Source of the DNA: Nitrospirota bacterium
GTDB taxonomy: Bacteria > Nitrospirota > UBA9217
Assembly (NCBI GenBank): GCA_963754875.1
Contig: CAVWHO010000020.1
Coordinates: 192,001-256,000 of the forward strand
DNA: 64,000 bases
Reading direction: 5' to 3'
This document shows, piece after piece, positions 10,119 to 20,561 of the stretch. Under the pieces are notes generated by a model, which saw nothing but the letters and a program-made list of their open reading frames with translations, did not search any database and had not been told where the DNA came from. Numbering within the stretch: position 1 is the first letter of the stretch; each line of letters begins with the position of its first letter. The translations under genes were made by a program, and so were the position numbers.

Positions 10119-10248
10119 AGTTCGAATGCCGGTTGGGACCGTTTCAAGTTGAACCAGAGTGGTCATCAGTCCAATCGGGGGTCGTTTTCTGACCCATAGT
10201 AATCTTTTTTCGGCTGTGGTATAGTATTCTCGAAGGTGGTGAACTTTT

Positions 10249-10554
10249 ATGGTGGACAACATCAATAATGCACCGTTAACAGCGCTTAATGCTTATAGCA
10301 CTCTGCTGAACAATACGGCCAATAATGTTGCCAATATGAATACCGATACCTATCGACCTCTTGAAACCACCATGCAGGATTCCACTCCTTCAGGCGTCAC
10401 GGCAATAACGTCGCGGAACGAAAATGGAGACCGTGTCGATCTTTCAAGGGAGGCGGTGAGTCTGATCACCGCGGAGACCGGTTTCAAGGCAAACATCGAC
10501 GTTTTAAAAACCGTTCAAAAAATGCAGAAGAGCGTTATTGACATAATTGCATAG
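10249..10554 (+). CDS. Stand-alone flagellar basal-body rod-like protein (FlgC/FlgE terminal motifs)
   Basis: ANNVANMNT near the N-terminus; VDLSREAVSLI...FKANIDVLKT...IDIIA C-terminus. Confidence 0.75.
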   Translation: MVDNINNAPLTALNAYSTLLNNTANNVANMNTDTYRPLETTMQDSTPSGVTAITSRNENGDRVDLSREAVSLITAETGFKANIDVLKTVQKMQKSVIDIIA

Positions 10555-10588
10555 GTTCGTGAGAGGGTAGGCGTTGTTGGGGAAGGGG

Positions 10589-11689
10589 TTATAGCGGAAG
10601 TTTCGTTGTCTCCTCGATTACGGCGTGGGATTCCGTCCCGCTTAAAGACTGCAGCCGGTCCCCGAACTTTTCCAATCTCTTGTCCGCATCATCGTATTTC
10701 GATTTCGTATTTGTCAGATGTTTTCCCACCAGTTCAAAATCCGCCCTGAACTTCTCAAAATCACCGGACAGTCTCGCCAGGCTTTTCAGGATCTCCTGCG
10801 CCTGTTCTTCGACGTGCATTCCTTTAAGACCGAGAAGTATCGTCTGGAGATAAGCATAGAAACTGTTCGGCGACACGGGGATAACGCGTTTCGTAAAAGC
10901 GTAGTTCAGCAGAGCCTTGTCCGTGTCCACTGCCTCGTCTTTAATGATGAGCTCGTAATAGACATTTTCCGCCGGGATGTACATAAGTGCGAAGTCAAAG
11001 GTCCCTTCGTCGGGCAGGATGTACTTGCCTGCAATGGCATCGATATGTTTTTTCACGTCGCTGATGAACTTCTTTTTTGCGGCCTTGCGATCCTCTTCCG
11101 TGGCCGTCTCCACGACGCGCTTGAAATTCTCCAGAGGAAACTTGGCGTCAATCGGCACAAGGTTGTGGCCGAGCCTGATGACGGCGTCTACGGCCTCGCC
11201 GCTCTTGAACCGGTGTTGAAGCGAGTAGTGGGCCGGCGGAAAGATTTGCGCCAGCAGGTCGCCGAGGAACAACTCCCCGAGCCCGCCGCGAAGTTTTGGC
11301 GACCGCAGGATCTCCTGCAGGCTTGCGATGTCCTTCCCCACGTCGAACACCTTTTTCGTGGCCTCAGAGAGGCTGCCCAGTCCCTTGCTTACCTCCTGGA
11401 CCACGCGCGCCGCGTTATCGAGCCGCGTATTCAGGTCTCCCGTTGATTTCTGGAGTTGCTGCGTCACCTGGCCGAGCTGCGAGTTGACCTGGAGCGTTAT
11501 TTGGCCGAGTTGCTGGTTCACGGTCTCCTGGCTTTTGAGCATGGCCTCCGTCAGCTGACCGCGGAGGGATTGCACTTCCTGTTGGAGCATCCCGACCGTA
11601 GGATCGATGCTCTTCTTCTGCGACTGGAGTACGAGCCAGAGAAGGATGAAGACGACTGCTGCAAGGAGTATGAGGATGGCGGTAAGCAT
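10589..11689 (-). CDS. rmuC: DNA recombination protein RmuC
   Basis: N-terminal TM, coiled coil, RGGLGE, PIDAKFP, DFALMYIPAE, VSPNS. Confidence 0.92.
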   Translation of the reverse strand: MLTAILILLAAVVFILLWLVLQSQKKSIDPTVGMLQQEVQSLRGQLTEAMLKSQETVNQQLGQITLQVNSQLGQVTQQLQKSTGDLNTRLDNAARVVQEVSKGLGSLSEATKKVFDVGKDIASLQEILRSPKLRGGLGELFLGDLLAQIFPPAHYSLQHRFKSGEAVDAVIRLGHNLVPIDAKFPLENFKRVVETATEEDRKAAKKKFISDVKKHIDAIAGKYILPDEGTFDFALMYIPAENVYYELIIKDEAVDTDKALLNYAFTKRVIPVSPNSFYAYLQTILLGLKGMHVEEQAQEILKSLARLSGDFEKFRADFELVGKHLTNTKSKYDDADKRLEKFGDRLQSLSGTESHAVIEETTKLPL

Positions 11690-11771
11690 AGGTACGTTCG
11701 GAGTATTACCTTCGGAGTGATGAGTGCCGAGTCTGGAGCGCTGATTAAATTTGCTCCGAACTCTGGACCGC

Positions 11772-12982
11772 TAGTGTAGTGTCTCACAAACGACTGGTGT
11801 TATCAGCCTTTTTCTTGCGAGAGCGAGGTAATGTGCAGCCTGGCTGAATTTTCTCCAATGTTTGTTTGCAGCGTCCAAGTTTCTTAACGATCGATTCAAC
11901 GGTTGCGGTCCATACAAACGGTTTTGGGTCTTTGTTCCAAGCAGCCAAATACTCTTCGATAGCGCTCTTGAGCGCGTCCACGCTGACAAAGACTCCGCGA
12001 CGTATTCGTTTTCCCGTCAGTTCTCCGAACCAACGCTCAACAAGGTTCAACCAGCTTGAACTGGTCGGGACGAAGTGGGAAACAAAACGTGGATGCCGTG
12101 TTAACCATCTCTGGACTTTGGGGTGCTTATGCGTGCCATAGTTATCCATCACTATGTGCAGCTGCTTTTCGACCGGGAATTCAGCATCCAGTTGCTTTAA
12201 AAACTTGAGAAATTCCTGATGGCGATGCCGAGCATAACATTGACCGATCACTTTACCTTGCGCCAATTCGAGCGCAGCAAAAAGGGTTGTCGTGCCGTTA
12301 CGCTTATAGTCATGAGTCATGGTACCGCAACGCCCTTTTTTTAAAGGAAGTCCCGGTTGTGTACGATCTAACGCTTGAATCTGGCTTTTCTCATCCACAC
12401 ACAGCACTAATGCTTTTTCTGGAGGATTGAGATAGAGCCCGACGACATCGGTAAGCTTTTCCAAGAACCGTGGATCGCGTGACAACTTAAATCCCGTGGT
12501 TCTGTGCGGCTGAATATGATGACTTTGCCAGATCCTATTGATCGTTGCTTTGCTCACGCCCTGCTGTTCAGCCATCGTTCGGCAACTCCAATGGGTGGCT
12601 CCAGCAGGCTTCGTTTGCAGTGTGGCATTAATTATTTTATTAATTTTGGTTGCCGTTAACTCTGGCTTACGTCCGCGACCTGCCGCAACTTCCCAAAGGC
12701 AGTCCGGACCTTCACTACAGAACCGCTGCCTCCATAATGCAGCCGTTTTATAATTGATTTGCATTTGCTTTGCGATGGCCTTGTCTTGTTGGCCATTCGC
12801 AGCGGCTAGAATAATTCGACACCGTTGAGCAACTTGTTGCGGGGTGCGATGAGCCCGCACCCATTGCTCTAGTTCTTGTCGATCAGACTCAGTAAGGTTT
12901 ATGGTTAAAGCGTGTCGTGCCATGAACAGCATCCTATCACAAATCATGACATAACACCAGTTAATTGAGAGACACTACACTA
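11772..12982 (-). mobile_element. IS630-family element, copy 1 (1211 bp including both TA)
   Basis: Terminal inverted repeats TAGTGTAGTGTCTC...GAGACACTACACTA; TA duplication within CTAG. Confidence 0.93.
11784..12923 (-). CDS. IS630 transposase
   Basis: HTH N-terminus; CVDEKSQIQAL, VMDNYGTHK, SWLNLVERWF DDE motifs. Confidence 0.95.
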   Translation of the reverse strand: MARHALTINLTESDRQELEQWVRAHRTPQQVAQRCRIILAAANGQQDKAIAKQMQINYKTAALWRQRFCSEGPDCLWEVAAGRGRKPELTATKINKIINATLQTKPAGATHWSCRTMAEQQGVSKATINRIWQSHHIQPHRTTGFKLSRDPRFLEKLTDVVGLYLNPPEKALVLCVDEKSQIQALDRTQPGLPLKKGRCGTMTHDYKRNGTTTLFAALELAQGKVIGQCYARHRHQEFLKFLKQLDAEFPVEKQLHIVMDNYGTHKHPKVQRWLTRHPRFVSHFVPTSSSWLNLVERWFGELTGKRIRRGVFVSVDALKSAIEEYLAAWNKDPKPFVWTATVESIVKKLGRCKQTLEKIQPGCTLPRSRKKKADNTSRL

Positions 12983-13978
12983 GTGTATCTCCAGCATCCT
13001 GTCCAGCGCACGCTTGGCAGGGATACGAATGTCTTCCGGTACTTTTATCACGTACTGCATCTTTTCCATGGCCGCGAGCACGCTTTCGAGTTTGGTCCGT
13101 TTCATATTGGGGCAGACCATTTCCTTGTTCAGGACATAGAACCGTTTGTCAGGGCTTTCTTTTTTGAGACGATGGAGGATTCCTTCTTCGGTGCCGATAA
13201 TGAATTCTTTATGATTTGACTCTCTGCAGAAACGGAGCATGCCCGACGTGCTCGTGATCTGATCAGCCATGTCCTGGACTTCAGGCGGGCATTCGGGGTG
13301 TACGACCAGGACCGCGTCGGGGTGTTCCGCCCTGGCGCGTTTCACATCGTCCACATCGAGATGAGCGTGATGCACGTTGCAGAACCCGTCCCAGGAAATG
13401 ATTTTCTTTTTTGTCCGCTTCGCTGCATAGGCAGAGAGGTTGCGGTCGGGGATGCAAATGACGGTGTCTGCCTTCAGGGATTCGACGACCTTGACGACAT
13501 TGGAAGAGGTGCAGCAGATATCGCTTTCGGCCTTGACCGCCGCCGATGTGTTCACGTAGGCCACGACGGGCACGCCGGGATATTTTTTCTTCATGTCCAG
13601 GAGCGTGAAATCATCGGCAAACTGAAAGGTTATTCCCATGACGTCCGAGTAGAGGTCTCTCCGCGTCTTGCGCGGTCCTTTGACCGTGACCATGTCCGCC
13701 ATGGGACAACCGGCACTTATCTCCGGGAGCAACACGGTCTTGTCCGGGGAGAGAATCGATGCGCTTTCGGCCATGAAATGTACGCCGCAGAACACGATCA
13801 CGTCGTAGTCAGTCTTCGCAGCTGCGCGCGACAGTTCCAGGGAATCTCCGGTGATGTCGGCGATGTCCTGCACCTCGGGGCGCTGATAATTGTGGGCGAG
13901 GATGACGGCATTCAGATCTTTTTTCCGTTTCCGAATTTTGTCGTGGAGGATGTCGATGTCCGATGCATGGGCAGTCAT
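12980..13978 (-). CDS. nadA: Quinolinate synthase A
   Basis: [42 protein letters not shown]. Confidence 0.95.
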   Translation of the reverse strand: MTAHASDIDILHDKIRKRKKDLNAVILAHNYQRPEVQDIADITGDSLELSRAAAKTDYDVIVFCGVHFMAESASILSPDKTVLLPEISAGCPMADMVTVKGPRKTRRDLYSDVMGITFQFADDFTLLDMKKKYPGVPVVAYVNTSAAVKAESDICCTSSNVVKVVESLKADTVICIPDRNLSAYAAKRTKKKIISWDGFCNVHHAHLDVDDVKRARAEHPDAVLVVHPECPPEVQDMADQITSTSGMLRFCRESNHKEFIIGTEEGILHRLKKESPDKRFYVLNKEMVCPNMKRTKLESVLAAMEKMQYVIKVPEDIRIPAKRALDRMLEIH

Positions 13979-14104
13979 AAGTACGCTGATAATACCGATA
14001 ATCGCTGCCGCTTGTCAAATGGAAAGTACTGAAGAGAAGTTGAATGGCAGGGCTTGCACGTCCGCCCGAAAGGAGGCGTTTTCCCGCGTTTATAAAAACA
14101 TCCT

Positions 14105-14648
14105 GAAATACCCAGCAGCTCTGCTGCTGGGATGAAAAGGATATCCTGACGAAGTCAGGATGAGAATCTGTTACAATACGGGCCATGAGCCCATTGAGAA
14201 GAAGCAAACATAGCGTCTATGATCTGAAGTACCATTTTGTATGGATACCAAAATATCGAAGGAAGCTGTTCAGCGATCGAATGACGACGAGACTGAAAGA
14301 GATATTTCGTGAGATCGCAGAGCGATATGAATTTGAAATAGATACGATGGAAGCAATGGATGATCATGTGCATTTGTTTTTGGTTGTGCCACCGAAGTAT
14401 GCTCCAGCGAGGGTAGTACAGATAATCAAAAGCATATCGGCAAAGATGATGTTTCGAGAATTCCCCGAGATAAAGAAAAAACTTTGGGGAGGAGAACTCT
14501 GGAATGACGGCTACTTTGTCCGTTCGGTTGGCGACAAAGTAACGGCAGAAGTTATAAGAAAGTATATTCGGTATCAGCATGATGAGCAAGTTGGCTTTAG
14601 GTTCTAGCGCATTTAGGATGCCCCGCAGCTCTGCTGCGGGGTAATTCA
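14105..14648 (+). mobile_element. IS200-like element (tnpA only) with subterminal hairpins; exact ends approximate
   Basis: Hairpins CCCAGCAGC-TCT-GCTGCTGGG (14111-14131) and CCCCGCAGC-TCT-GCTGCGGGG (14621-14641) flank a Y1 transposase. Confidence 0.85.
14185..14607 (+). CDS. tnpA: IS200/IS605 HUH Y1 transposase
   Basis: YHFVWIPKYRR, DHVHL (HUH), LWNDGYF, KYIRYQ catalytic Tyr. Confidence 0.95.
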   Translation: MSPLRRSKHSVYDLKYHFVWIPKYRRKLFSDRMTTRLKEIFREIAERYEFEIDTMEAMDDHVHLFLVVPPKYAPARVVQIIKSISAKMMFREFPEIKKKLWGGELWNDGYFVRSVGDKVTAEVIRKYIRYQHDEQVGFRF

Positions 14649-17129
14649 CTCGCGAACCTTTCCGGATGCATCAGCCGGGCCGGCCGCGGATTTCGTGCGG
14701 AGCGGAACCGTGACGCGGACGCACGTCCCCTCATCCGTCGAGACAGTGACTGTCCCCCCGATCTCATTTGCCCGGTTTTTCATATTGGTCAACCCCCTGC
14801 CTCGGTTCAGGGTGGCAGAACGATCCCGTCCCCGGCCGTTGTCCTGCACGGTCAAAGTCAGGTCCTCCATGCCGATCCGGAAACTGACGACGACTTTGGT
14901 TGCCTGAGAATGCTTTACGATATTGGTGAGCGCTTCACGGTAAATCCTGAATAGGTTCAAATATAAAATGCTTCCGGGCTCGCCGCTGACGTCATCAATT
15001 TGTGAAGTCATGTCAAAGGATATCTTGTGGGCCTTGACGATCGACATGCCCTGGTTTCTCAATTCCGCGACGCAAGCATGCCAGCTCAGGTCCTTACTGT
15101 CAAGGCTGTGCATGAGGCTTCTTATCTCTCCCAAACCCTCCCGCGACAGGCTCGCGATGGTGGCGAGCGCCCTGTTGACGTCTTCCGGGGACTGCGCCTT
15201 CCGGGCGACCTCGGACAGCAGGCTGATATTGGTCGTTATGCCGCCGATCCCGTCATGAATGTCCATGAGTATCTTCTCTTTCTCCCGCTGGTGTCTCTTT
15301 TCCTCTTCGACCCTCTCACGGTATTGACTGACATTTTGTTCGTTCAGGCGTGCACGCTCATCATCCGCCTGTTTGTGCTCCGTGATGTCTAGGAGCGCCG
15401 CGATGGTCGCGGGTTCCCGCCCAAAATCGATGAGCCCCGCCGTGGCCAGCAGCCACCGTTCTTTGCCGTTTTTCCTGATGATCTTGAACTCATACTGGCT
15501 GGGGACGGGCTCCCCCTGGAGCCGTGCGATGACACGCTGGCGCACCAGGTCCAGATAGTCCGGATGGATGATATTGCTGAAGTTCAGCCCGAGGAATTCT
15601 GCATGAGTATACCCCGTAATGGATTCAGTTGCGGGATTGATGTAGAGGAACTTATCGTCCCGGTAGATAACGATCCCCACCTTAATGGTTTCCGCAAGGG
15701 TCCTGAATTTCTGTTCGCTCTCCTTGAGTGATTCCTTCACAAGACGGGCCTCTTCGTACAGCGCTGCATTTTCGATAGCCAGGGCCGCTTGCCCGGCCAG
15801 CGTCTGCAGGAGGTCGACGTCGCTTTTCACATAGGGTCTCCCGTTTCCCTTCGGTCCAAGCGCCAATATCCCCTGTATCTTACCCTTATAAATGAGGGGG
15901 ATGAGGATTTCAGCGCCCATCTGCACCATCGCGGCGTGCAGTCTGGCTGGCTCCCCCTCGCCGGAGGCTCCTTCGAGTTCCTCCCTGATGATGATTTCGC
16001 GGACCTTTCCCAACCACAGCATGATCTCGTTGGTCCGGGCCTCAGTATTCGAGACACCGTCACCTTGCAGGGGTGTACTACGACCGGCCTCGTTCATCAG
16101 AAAAAGGTGGACCGTAACGACCTTCAGGCTCTTTTTGATGCTGTCGATGATGGTATTCAGAAGGATATCCCGGTCGAGGATCGTGATGATTGCCTGGGTG
16201 GAGTCTTTCAAAATCTGTTGATAGTCATACCTGCCCCGAAGGACAAGCGCATTTATCCAGACGATGATGGTTTGCGCAAAAGGCGTTGCAATCAAAACCA
16301 GGCCGATAAGGGTGAGCGAAACCAGGTCAGCCGGCATGTCACCCATGGCCGGTCCTAAAATTCTGTCCAGTCCGAGATGGATGCTCTCAAAGAGAGACAG
16401 AAGCAGTACGACACTGATGACTTTCGAGACCATAAGCGGTATGTCGAACAGGCGGTAGCGGGTTATAGCGTAGAACGTAAGCAGCACCCAGGGGAAGCTG
16501 AAATAGGAGGAGAGGGTAGGGTCGAACTTCCCCCAACCGAAGACGTGCAGAAAAGCGCCGATCATCGATCCGCCGAGGGCGAATACGAGGGTGCCGTAGA
16601 AAAAGTAATCGAGCTGCGCTTTTTTCATGCCGCTGACTTTTTTCCTGAACAGATATATCTCGACGATCAACCACAGAATCAGGCTCCCGTCGAGGATACG
16701 GGCCGGTGTATCGAGGAAACCGGGATTGTAAATGAAGGGTACCAGCGTATACGGGCCGGCAACGATCCAGTTCGTCAGGAGCGAGATCAGCAGGATAAGC
16801 GACATGAGGGGATACAGGACCAGTCCGATAATCCGCGCCTTCCGGCTCTTTTCATTCTTGAGATAGGAGATAAACTGGAGCGCGGGAGGGATGCAGAGCC
16901 AGCCGACCCACGTCGCTTTGGCGAAGGGAAGGAAGTCGAGGCCGAGGGAAGCTCGGAGGTACATGATTGCCGTCAACAGAGAAAAGGCGGACGAGAAAAA
17001 GGAAAAAGCGGCGACCGCTTTATTGATGGGGCTGTTGCGCGGATTGTGCCTGATGAGAATGATCCCGAGGACGATCTCCAACGCCGCAACGAAAAACAGC
17101 GGATATCCGATTATTTCATGCAGGTTCAT
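14646..17129 (-). CDS. Membrane sensor histidine kinase (multi-TM N-terminus, GAF, PAS, NarX-like HisKA_3/HATPase)
   Basis: Many TMs, GAF ending ALAIENA, PAS (YINP...IHPD...DITE), DIHDGIG, EALTNIVKHS, DNGRG, GRGL. Confidence 0.88.
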   Translation of the reverse strand: MNLHEIIGYPLFFVAALEIVLGIILIRHNPRNSPINKAVAAFSFFSSAFSLLTAIMYLRASLGLDFLPFAKATWVGWLCIPPALQFISYLKNEKSRKARIIGLVLYPLMSLILLISLLTNWIVAGPYTLVPFIYNPGFLDTPARILDGSLILWLIVEIYLFRKKVSGMKKAQLDYFFYGTLVFALGGSMIGAFLHVFGWGKFDPTLSSYFSFPWVLLTFYAITRYRLFDIPLMVSKVISVVLLLSLFESIHLGLDRILGPAMGDMPADLVSLTLIGLVLIATPFAQTIIVWINALVLRGRYDYQQILKDSTQAIITILDRDILLNTIIDSIKKSLKVVTVHLFLMNEAGRSTPLQGDGVSNTEARTNEIMLWLGKVREIIIREELEGASGEGEPARLHAAMVQMGAEILIPLIYKGKIQGILALGPKGNGRPYVKSDVDLLQTLAGQAALAIENAALYEEARLVKESLKESEQKFRTLAETIKVGIVIYRDDKFLYINPATESITGYTHAEFLGLNFSNIIHPDYLDLVRQRVIARLQGEPVPSQYEFKIIRKNGKERWLLATAGLIDFGREPATIAALLDITEHKQADDERARLNEQNVSQYRERVEEEKRHQREKEKILMDIHDGIGGITTNISLLSEVARKAQSPEDVNRALATIASLSREGLGEIRSLMHSLDSKDLSWHACVAELRNQGMSIVKAHKISFDMTSQIDDVSGEPGSILYLNLFRIYREALTNIVKHSQATKVVVSFRIGMEDLTLTVQDNGRGRDRSATLNRGRGLTNMKNRANEIGGTVTVSTDEGTCVRVTVPLRTKSAAGPADASGKVRE

Positions 17130-17500
17130 GTCCTCTCCGATCGCGGGAGTACTATTACTGTTACTATCGCAAAAGACAGGCTAAGCGTCAAGAGGATTCT
17201 TCACCGGGGCCGCGATTTCAGCGGTTGTTGCGCTCAAGCCGCGTGTCATCGGAGCGCCGCTCACTCTTGCGGAGTGCGTCTCATCTGGGGAAGATCTTAC
17301 CGTGGAATACGATTGGTTCCGGTCTGCCCAGTCAGGCACACCGTCAAAGATACTCCTCGAAGCTCTTGCAATCGTGAAACGATTGTAGTACGCTCGACGC
17401 ACTGGGAAAAGCATCGGCCTGAAGGGCTTTTCACAGACCGTAGACGACCTGTCATGAACGATACAGTCATGCAAAATGGAATCAGCATTCGAACGTTGCC

Positions 17501-18019
17501 ATGCGCAAGATCATTCTTTTCATAGCGTCAAGCCTCGACGGGTTCATAGCAAGGAAGTCCGGTGGGATCGACTGGCTGTTCACTGACCAGGATTACGGGT
17601 ACACTGAATTTTTCAAGACCATCGGCGTAGTCATCATGGGAAGAAAGACCTATGATCAGACCTTGACCTTCGGCGAATATCCCTTCAAAGGGAAAGAGGC
17701 CTTCGTCTTCTCACGGTCCCGCGCAGGAGCAACGGATGGGAACGCGAGGTTCATTTCCGGAGATGTGGAAATCTTCATGGACTCTCTCAAGTCCAAACAA
17801 GGGAAGGATATCTGGCTCGTAGGCGGGTCCGAACTCATTCAGCAATTCCTAAAGCATGATCTCATTGATGAGTTCGTTATCTCCATCCATCCCATTATCC
17901 TCGGCGAGGGCATTCCCCTGTTTCTTGCCCCGACCCCCCAGAAAGCATTGCATCTGGAGCAGTGCAAGACATTTGACACGGGACTCGTCCAGATAACGTA
18001 TAGCCGGAAATCTTTTTAA
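17501..18019 (+). CDS. Dihydrofolate reductase / RibD C-terminal family protein
   Basis: IASSLDGFIA, MGRKTY, IWLVGGSEL, LIDE...PIILGEGIPLF. Confidence 0.88.
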   Translation: MRKIILFIASSLDGFIARKSGGIDWLFTDQDYGYTEFFKTIGVVIMGRKTYDQTLTFGEYPFKGKEAFVFSRSRAGATDGNARFISGDVEIFMDSLKSKQGKDIWLVGGSELIQQFLKHDLIDEFVISIHPIILGEGIPLFLAPTPQKALHLEQCKTFDTGLVQITYSRKSF

Positions 18020-18045
18020 TTATCACATAAACGGGAAAAACCTCT

Positions 18046-18522
18046 ATGCTGCGCTCAAAGTTCATGATAGCGTTTCTGTTCCTAAGTTTGTCTCTTTTGA
18101 CCCACGGCCAGGCATCCGCTGCCGGGCTGGGCGATTTCACCAGCGACGGCTGCAGTCTGTTCCCCGATGGAACGATCGCGGACCGTGTGCTCTGGTGCGA
18201 CTGCTGTCTTGCTCACGATATCGCTTACTGGCAGGGAGGAACTAAGAAAGAACGCCTGGCTGCGGACCGGATGTTGAGCGAATGCGTGTACGATCGTACG
18301 CACAACAAAGCTCTGGCAGACATGATGTATGACGGCGTCCGTGCAGGCGGTCATCCCGCATTTCCCACCTGGTACCGTTGGGCCTACGGCTGGAAATACG
18401 GCAAGGGATATGCTCCTCTTACGGAGGAGGAGAAAAAACAGGTCCAGGAAAAGCTTGGCGCTTACCATGCAAAACATCCGGCTGGCTATTGCCGTGAAAA
18501 GCACGGCGAGACGAAGCAGTAG
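18046..18522 (+). CDS. Exported Cys-rich helical protein with a PLA2-like CCxxHDxxY motif
   Basis: Signal peptide; FTSDGCSLFPDG, CDCCLAHDIAYWQGG, RWAYGW. Confidence 0.7.
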   Translation: MLRSKFMIAFLFLSLSLLTHGQASAAGLGDFTSDGCSLFPDGTIADRVLWCDCCLAHDIAYWQGGTKKERLAADRMLSECVYDRTHNKALADMMYDGVRAGGHPAFPTWYRWAYGWKYGKGYAPLTEEEKKQVQEKLGAYHAKHPAGYCREKHGETKQ

Positions 18523-18645
18523 TGCGGCGGGAAAAGGAAATCAACGCTTTTTTCTGGGGTGATTCGTTATTACGTTAAAAAACAGGCCGGCGGATTTGGA
18601 CAACGCCGGCCTCTGCGAAAGGAAATCAGCAACGGACCACGCTTA

Positions 18646-18984
18646 CTACGACGGCCCGTCCATCGGCCCCATGTGCTGCCTGCCTGGTCCGCCATTGCGC
18701 CTGCCGCCGGGACCCATTCCTTCAGGCCGCTCGGGACGGCATTTTCTCAATGCGTCATTGTTCGTTGCAGCTTCTATGCATGTCTTTGCCTGATCGAGCT
18801 TCGCCCTGCGCTCCTCAATCATCTGGAGGATGCGGGCTTTTCTCTCCTGGAATTGCTCCGGCGTGACCGTCTTCCCGGTCCCTCCCGGCGCTGCTTGGGA
18901 GCCGGGGCCCTGCTGGGCCAGCGCGACCTGCGAAATCCCTGCTAAAAAAAGTATAATAACAGCAAAACGCAATATGCCTCTCAT
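18646..18984 (-). CDS. Exported hypothetical protein
   Basis: AAGGAGG RBS, signal peptide ending ALA, helical core with two Cys, Gly/Pro-rich tail. Confidence 0.75.
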   Translation of the reverse strand: MRGILRFAVIILFLAGISQVALAQQGPGSQAAPGGTGKTVTPEQFQERKARILQMIEERRAKLDQAKTCIEAATNNDALRKCRPERPEGMGPGGRRNGGPGRQHMGPMDGPS

Positions 18985-19174
18985 CGTATGCCCCTCCTTT
19001 TCAGATGAATGCCTTGTGCTGTATGAGACTCTCGATCAAGAAAAAGGTTGAACGCGTGGTTTGAGAAATGGCTAAAGATGACCGGAAAACCCCGGGCATA
19101 CGGTATTCTTATAAAAGACCTTCGCGTCGCTGAGCTTTTTATGCTTTTTACAGTTGTTTACATGCGTACAACAA

Positions 19175-19474
19175 TCATCCTTTGTTTTTGTAGATAAACC
19201 CGAGAAATATCCGGTAGGGACCCGGTGTGCCCCATGGTACGAATGCCACGCGGTCTCCCGGCTGGATAGCATAGCTCAAAGACTGGGTGTAACCGTTGAC
19301 AATTATTACTTCAATTTCTTCCCGGGCAAGTTCCAGCTTGTGGGCCAAAGCAGTACCCGTGATCGGCCCTTCGATGTCAAGCAGGAGAGGGGTTGGTAAA
19401 CCTCTTTTCTCGAAGATCCCGGATAAATGACCGAATGCTCTCACTTCAACTGGTTTCTTTGCAGGTTCTGGCAT
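19175..19474 (-). CDS. MoaD/ThiS-like beta-grasp protein with C-terminal extension
   Basis: EVRAFGHL...IIVNG...IQPGDRVAFVP, then WGTPGPYRIFLG in place of a terminal GG; GGAGG RBS. Confidence 0.75.
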   Translation of the reverse strand: MPEPAKKPVEVRAFGHLSGIFEKRGLPTPLLLDIEGPITGTALAHKLELAREEIEVIIVNGYTQSLSYAIQPGDRVAFVPWGTPGPYRIFLGFIYKNKG

Positions 19475-19625
19475 TGATTGAAAACCCTCCGATCTCGTAA
19501 TGTACACCTCTAGTATAGCAAACGAAATCCTGCGCAATTTCGAAATCGCACATTGGAAGGTTCATTGCATACACCTTGGTCGGAACGCAACGCATCTGTA
19601 TATTCCGTTGGTTCCGGCTTTTCTG

Positions 19626-19654
19626 TTGCGTGCAGCATGCATTTCGGGTATTCT
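19626..19654 (+). promoter_or_regulatory. Sigma70 promoter for era (leaderless arrangement)
   Basis: TTGCGT-17 nt-TATTCT, ATG 7 nt downstream, no SD. Confidence 0.6.
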
Positions 19655-19661
19655 GTCTTCC

Positions 19662-20561
19662 ATGGCAGGGGAAAAACCATTCAAATCAGGATTCATCTCG
19701 ATCATCGGCAGACCGAATGTGGGCAAGTCCACGCTTTTGAACGCCCTTCTCGGCGAGAAGATCGCCATCATCTCCGACAAACCCCAGACAACGAGGAACC
19801 GTATCCTCGGCATCGTGAACAAGCCGGGGGCGCAGATGGTGTTCATGGACACGCCGGGCATCCACAAGCCCATGCACAAGATGAACGAGTTCATGGTGCA
19901 GACCGCGCTCCGGACGTACAACGAAGTCGACATCATCCTCATGCTTGTTGAGGCAACCACGCCGGCCGGGTCAGGGGACCAGTTTATCATCGAGACTCTA
20001 TCGAAGGTGAAGACGCCGGTCTTTCTCTTGATCAACAAAATCGATCTTATCAGTAAAGAAGCGCTCCTACCGCTTATCCAGCAATACAGCAACCTCTATC
20101 ATTTCGCCGAGATCATTCCGATTTCCGCGCTCAAGAACGATCTCAGCAGCCTCCTTGACGCGATCCTGAAACGCCTTCCGCAGGGGCCTCAGTATTTCCC
20201 CGACGACCAGCTGACGGACCAGCCTGAACGGTTCGTCGTGGCTGAACTTGTCCGAGAGAAGGTCTTCGAACTCACGAAAGAGGAGATTCCGTATTCCACG
20301 GCCGTGGTCATCGAGGAAATGAAAGAGGAACCGGACATCACGCGCATCCATGCGATGATCATCGTGGAACGGGACTCGCAAAAGGGCATCCTGATCGGCA
20401 AGGGCGGCGGCATGCTCAAGCAGATCGGAACGCTTGCCCGGCAGGACGCGGAAAAACTGCTCGGGACCAAGATATTCCTGAAACTCTACGTCAAGGTCAA
20501 AAAGGGGTGGCGCGAAGACGAGCGGCTGCTCAAGAACTTCGGGATTATCGAAGAAAAATAG
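19662..20561 (+). CDS. era: GTPase Era
   Basis: GRPNVGKST, QTTR, DTPG, NKID, KH domain SQKGILIGKGG. Confidence 0.96.
   Translation: MAGEKPFKSGFISIIGRPNVGKSTLLNALLGEKIAIISDKPQTTRNRILGIVNKPGAQMVFMDTPGIHKPMHKMNEFMVQTALRTYNEVDIILMLVEATTPAGSGDQFIIETLSKVKTPVFLLINKIDLISKEALLPLIQQYSNLYHFAEIIPISALKNDLSSLLDAILKRLPQGPQYFPDDQLTDQPERFVVAELVREKVFELTKEEIPYSTAVVIEEMKEEPDITRIHAMIIVERDSQKGILIGKGGGMLKQIGTLARQDAEKLLGTKIFLKLYVKVKKGWREDERLLKNFGIIEEK

Noticed and set aside
17181..17474. Possible small genes or remnants in intergenic gaps (also 21330-21800 and 56936-57139)
   Set aside because: No RBS, motif or family resemblance that I can support
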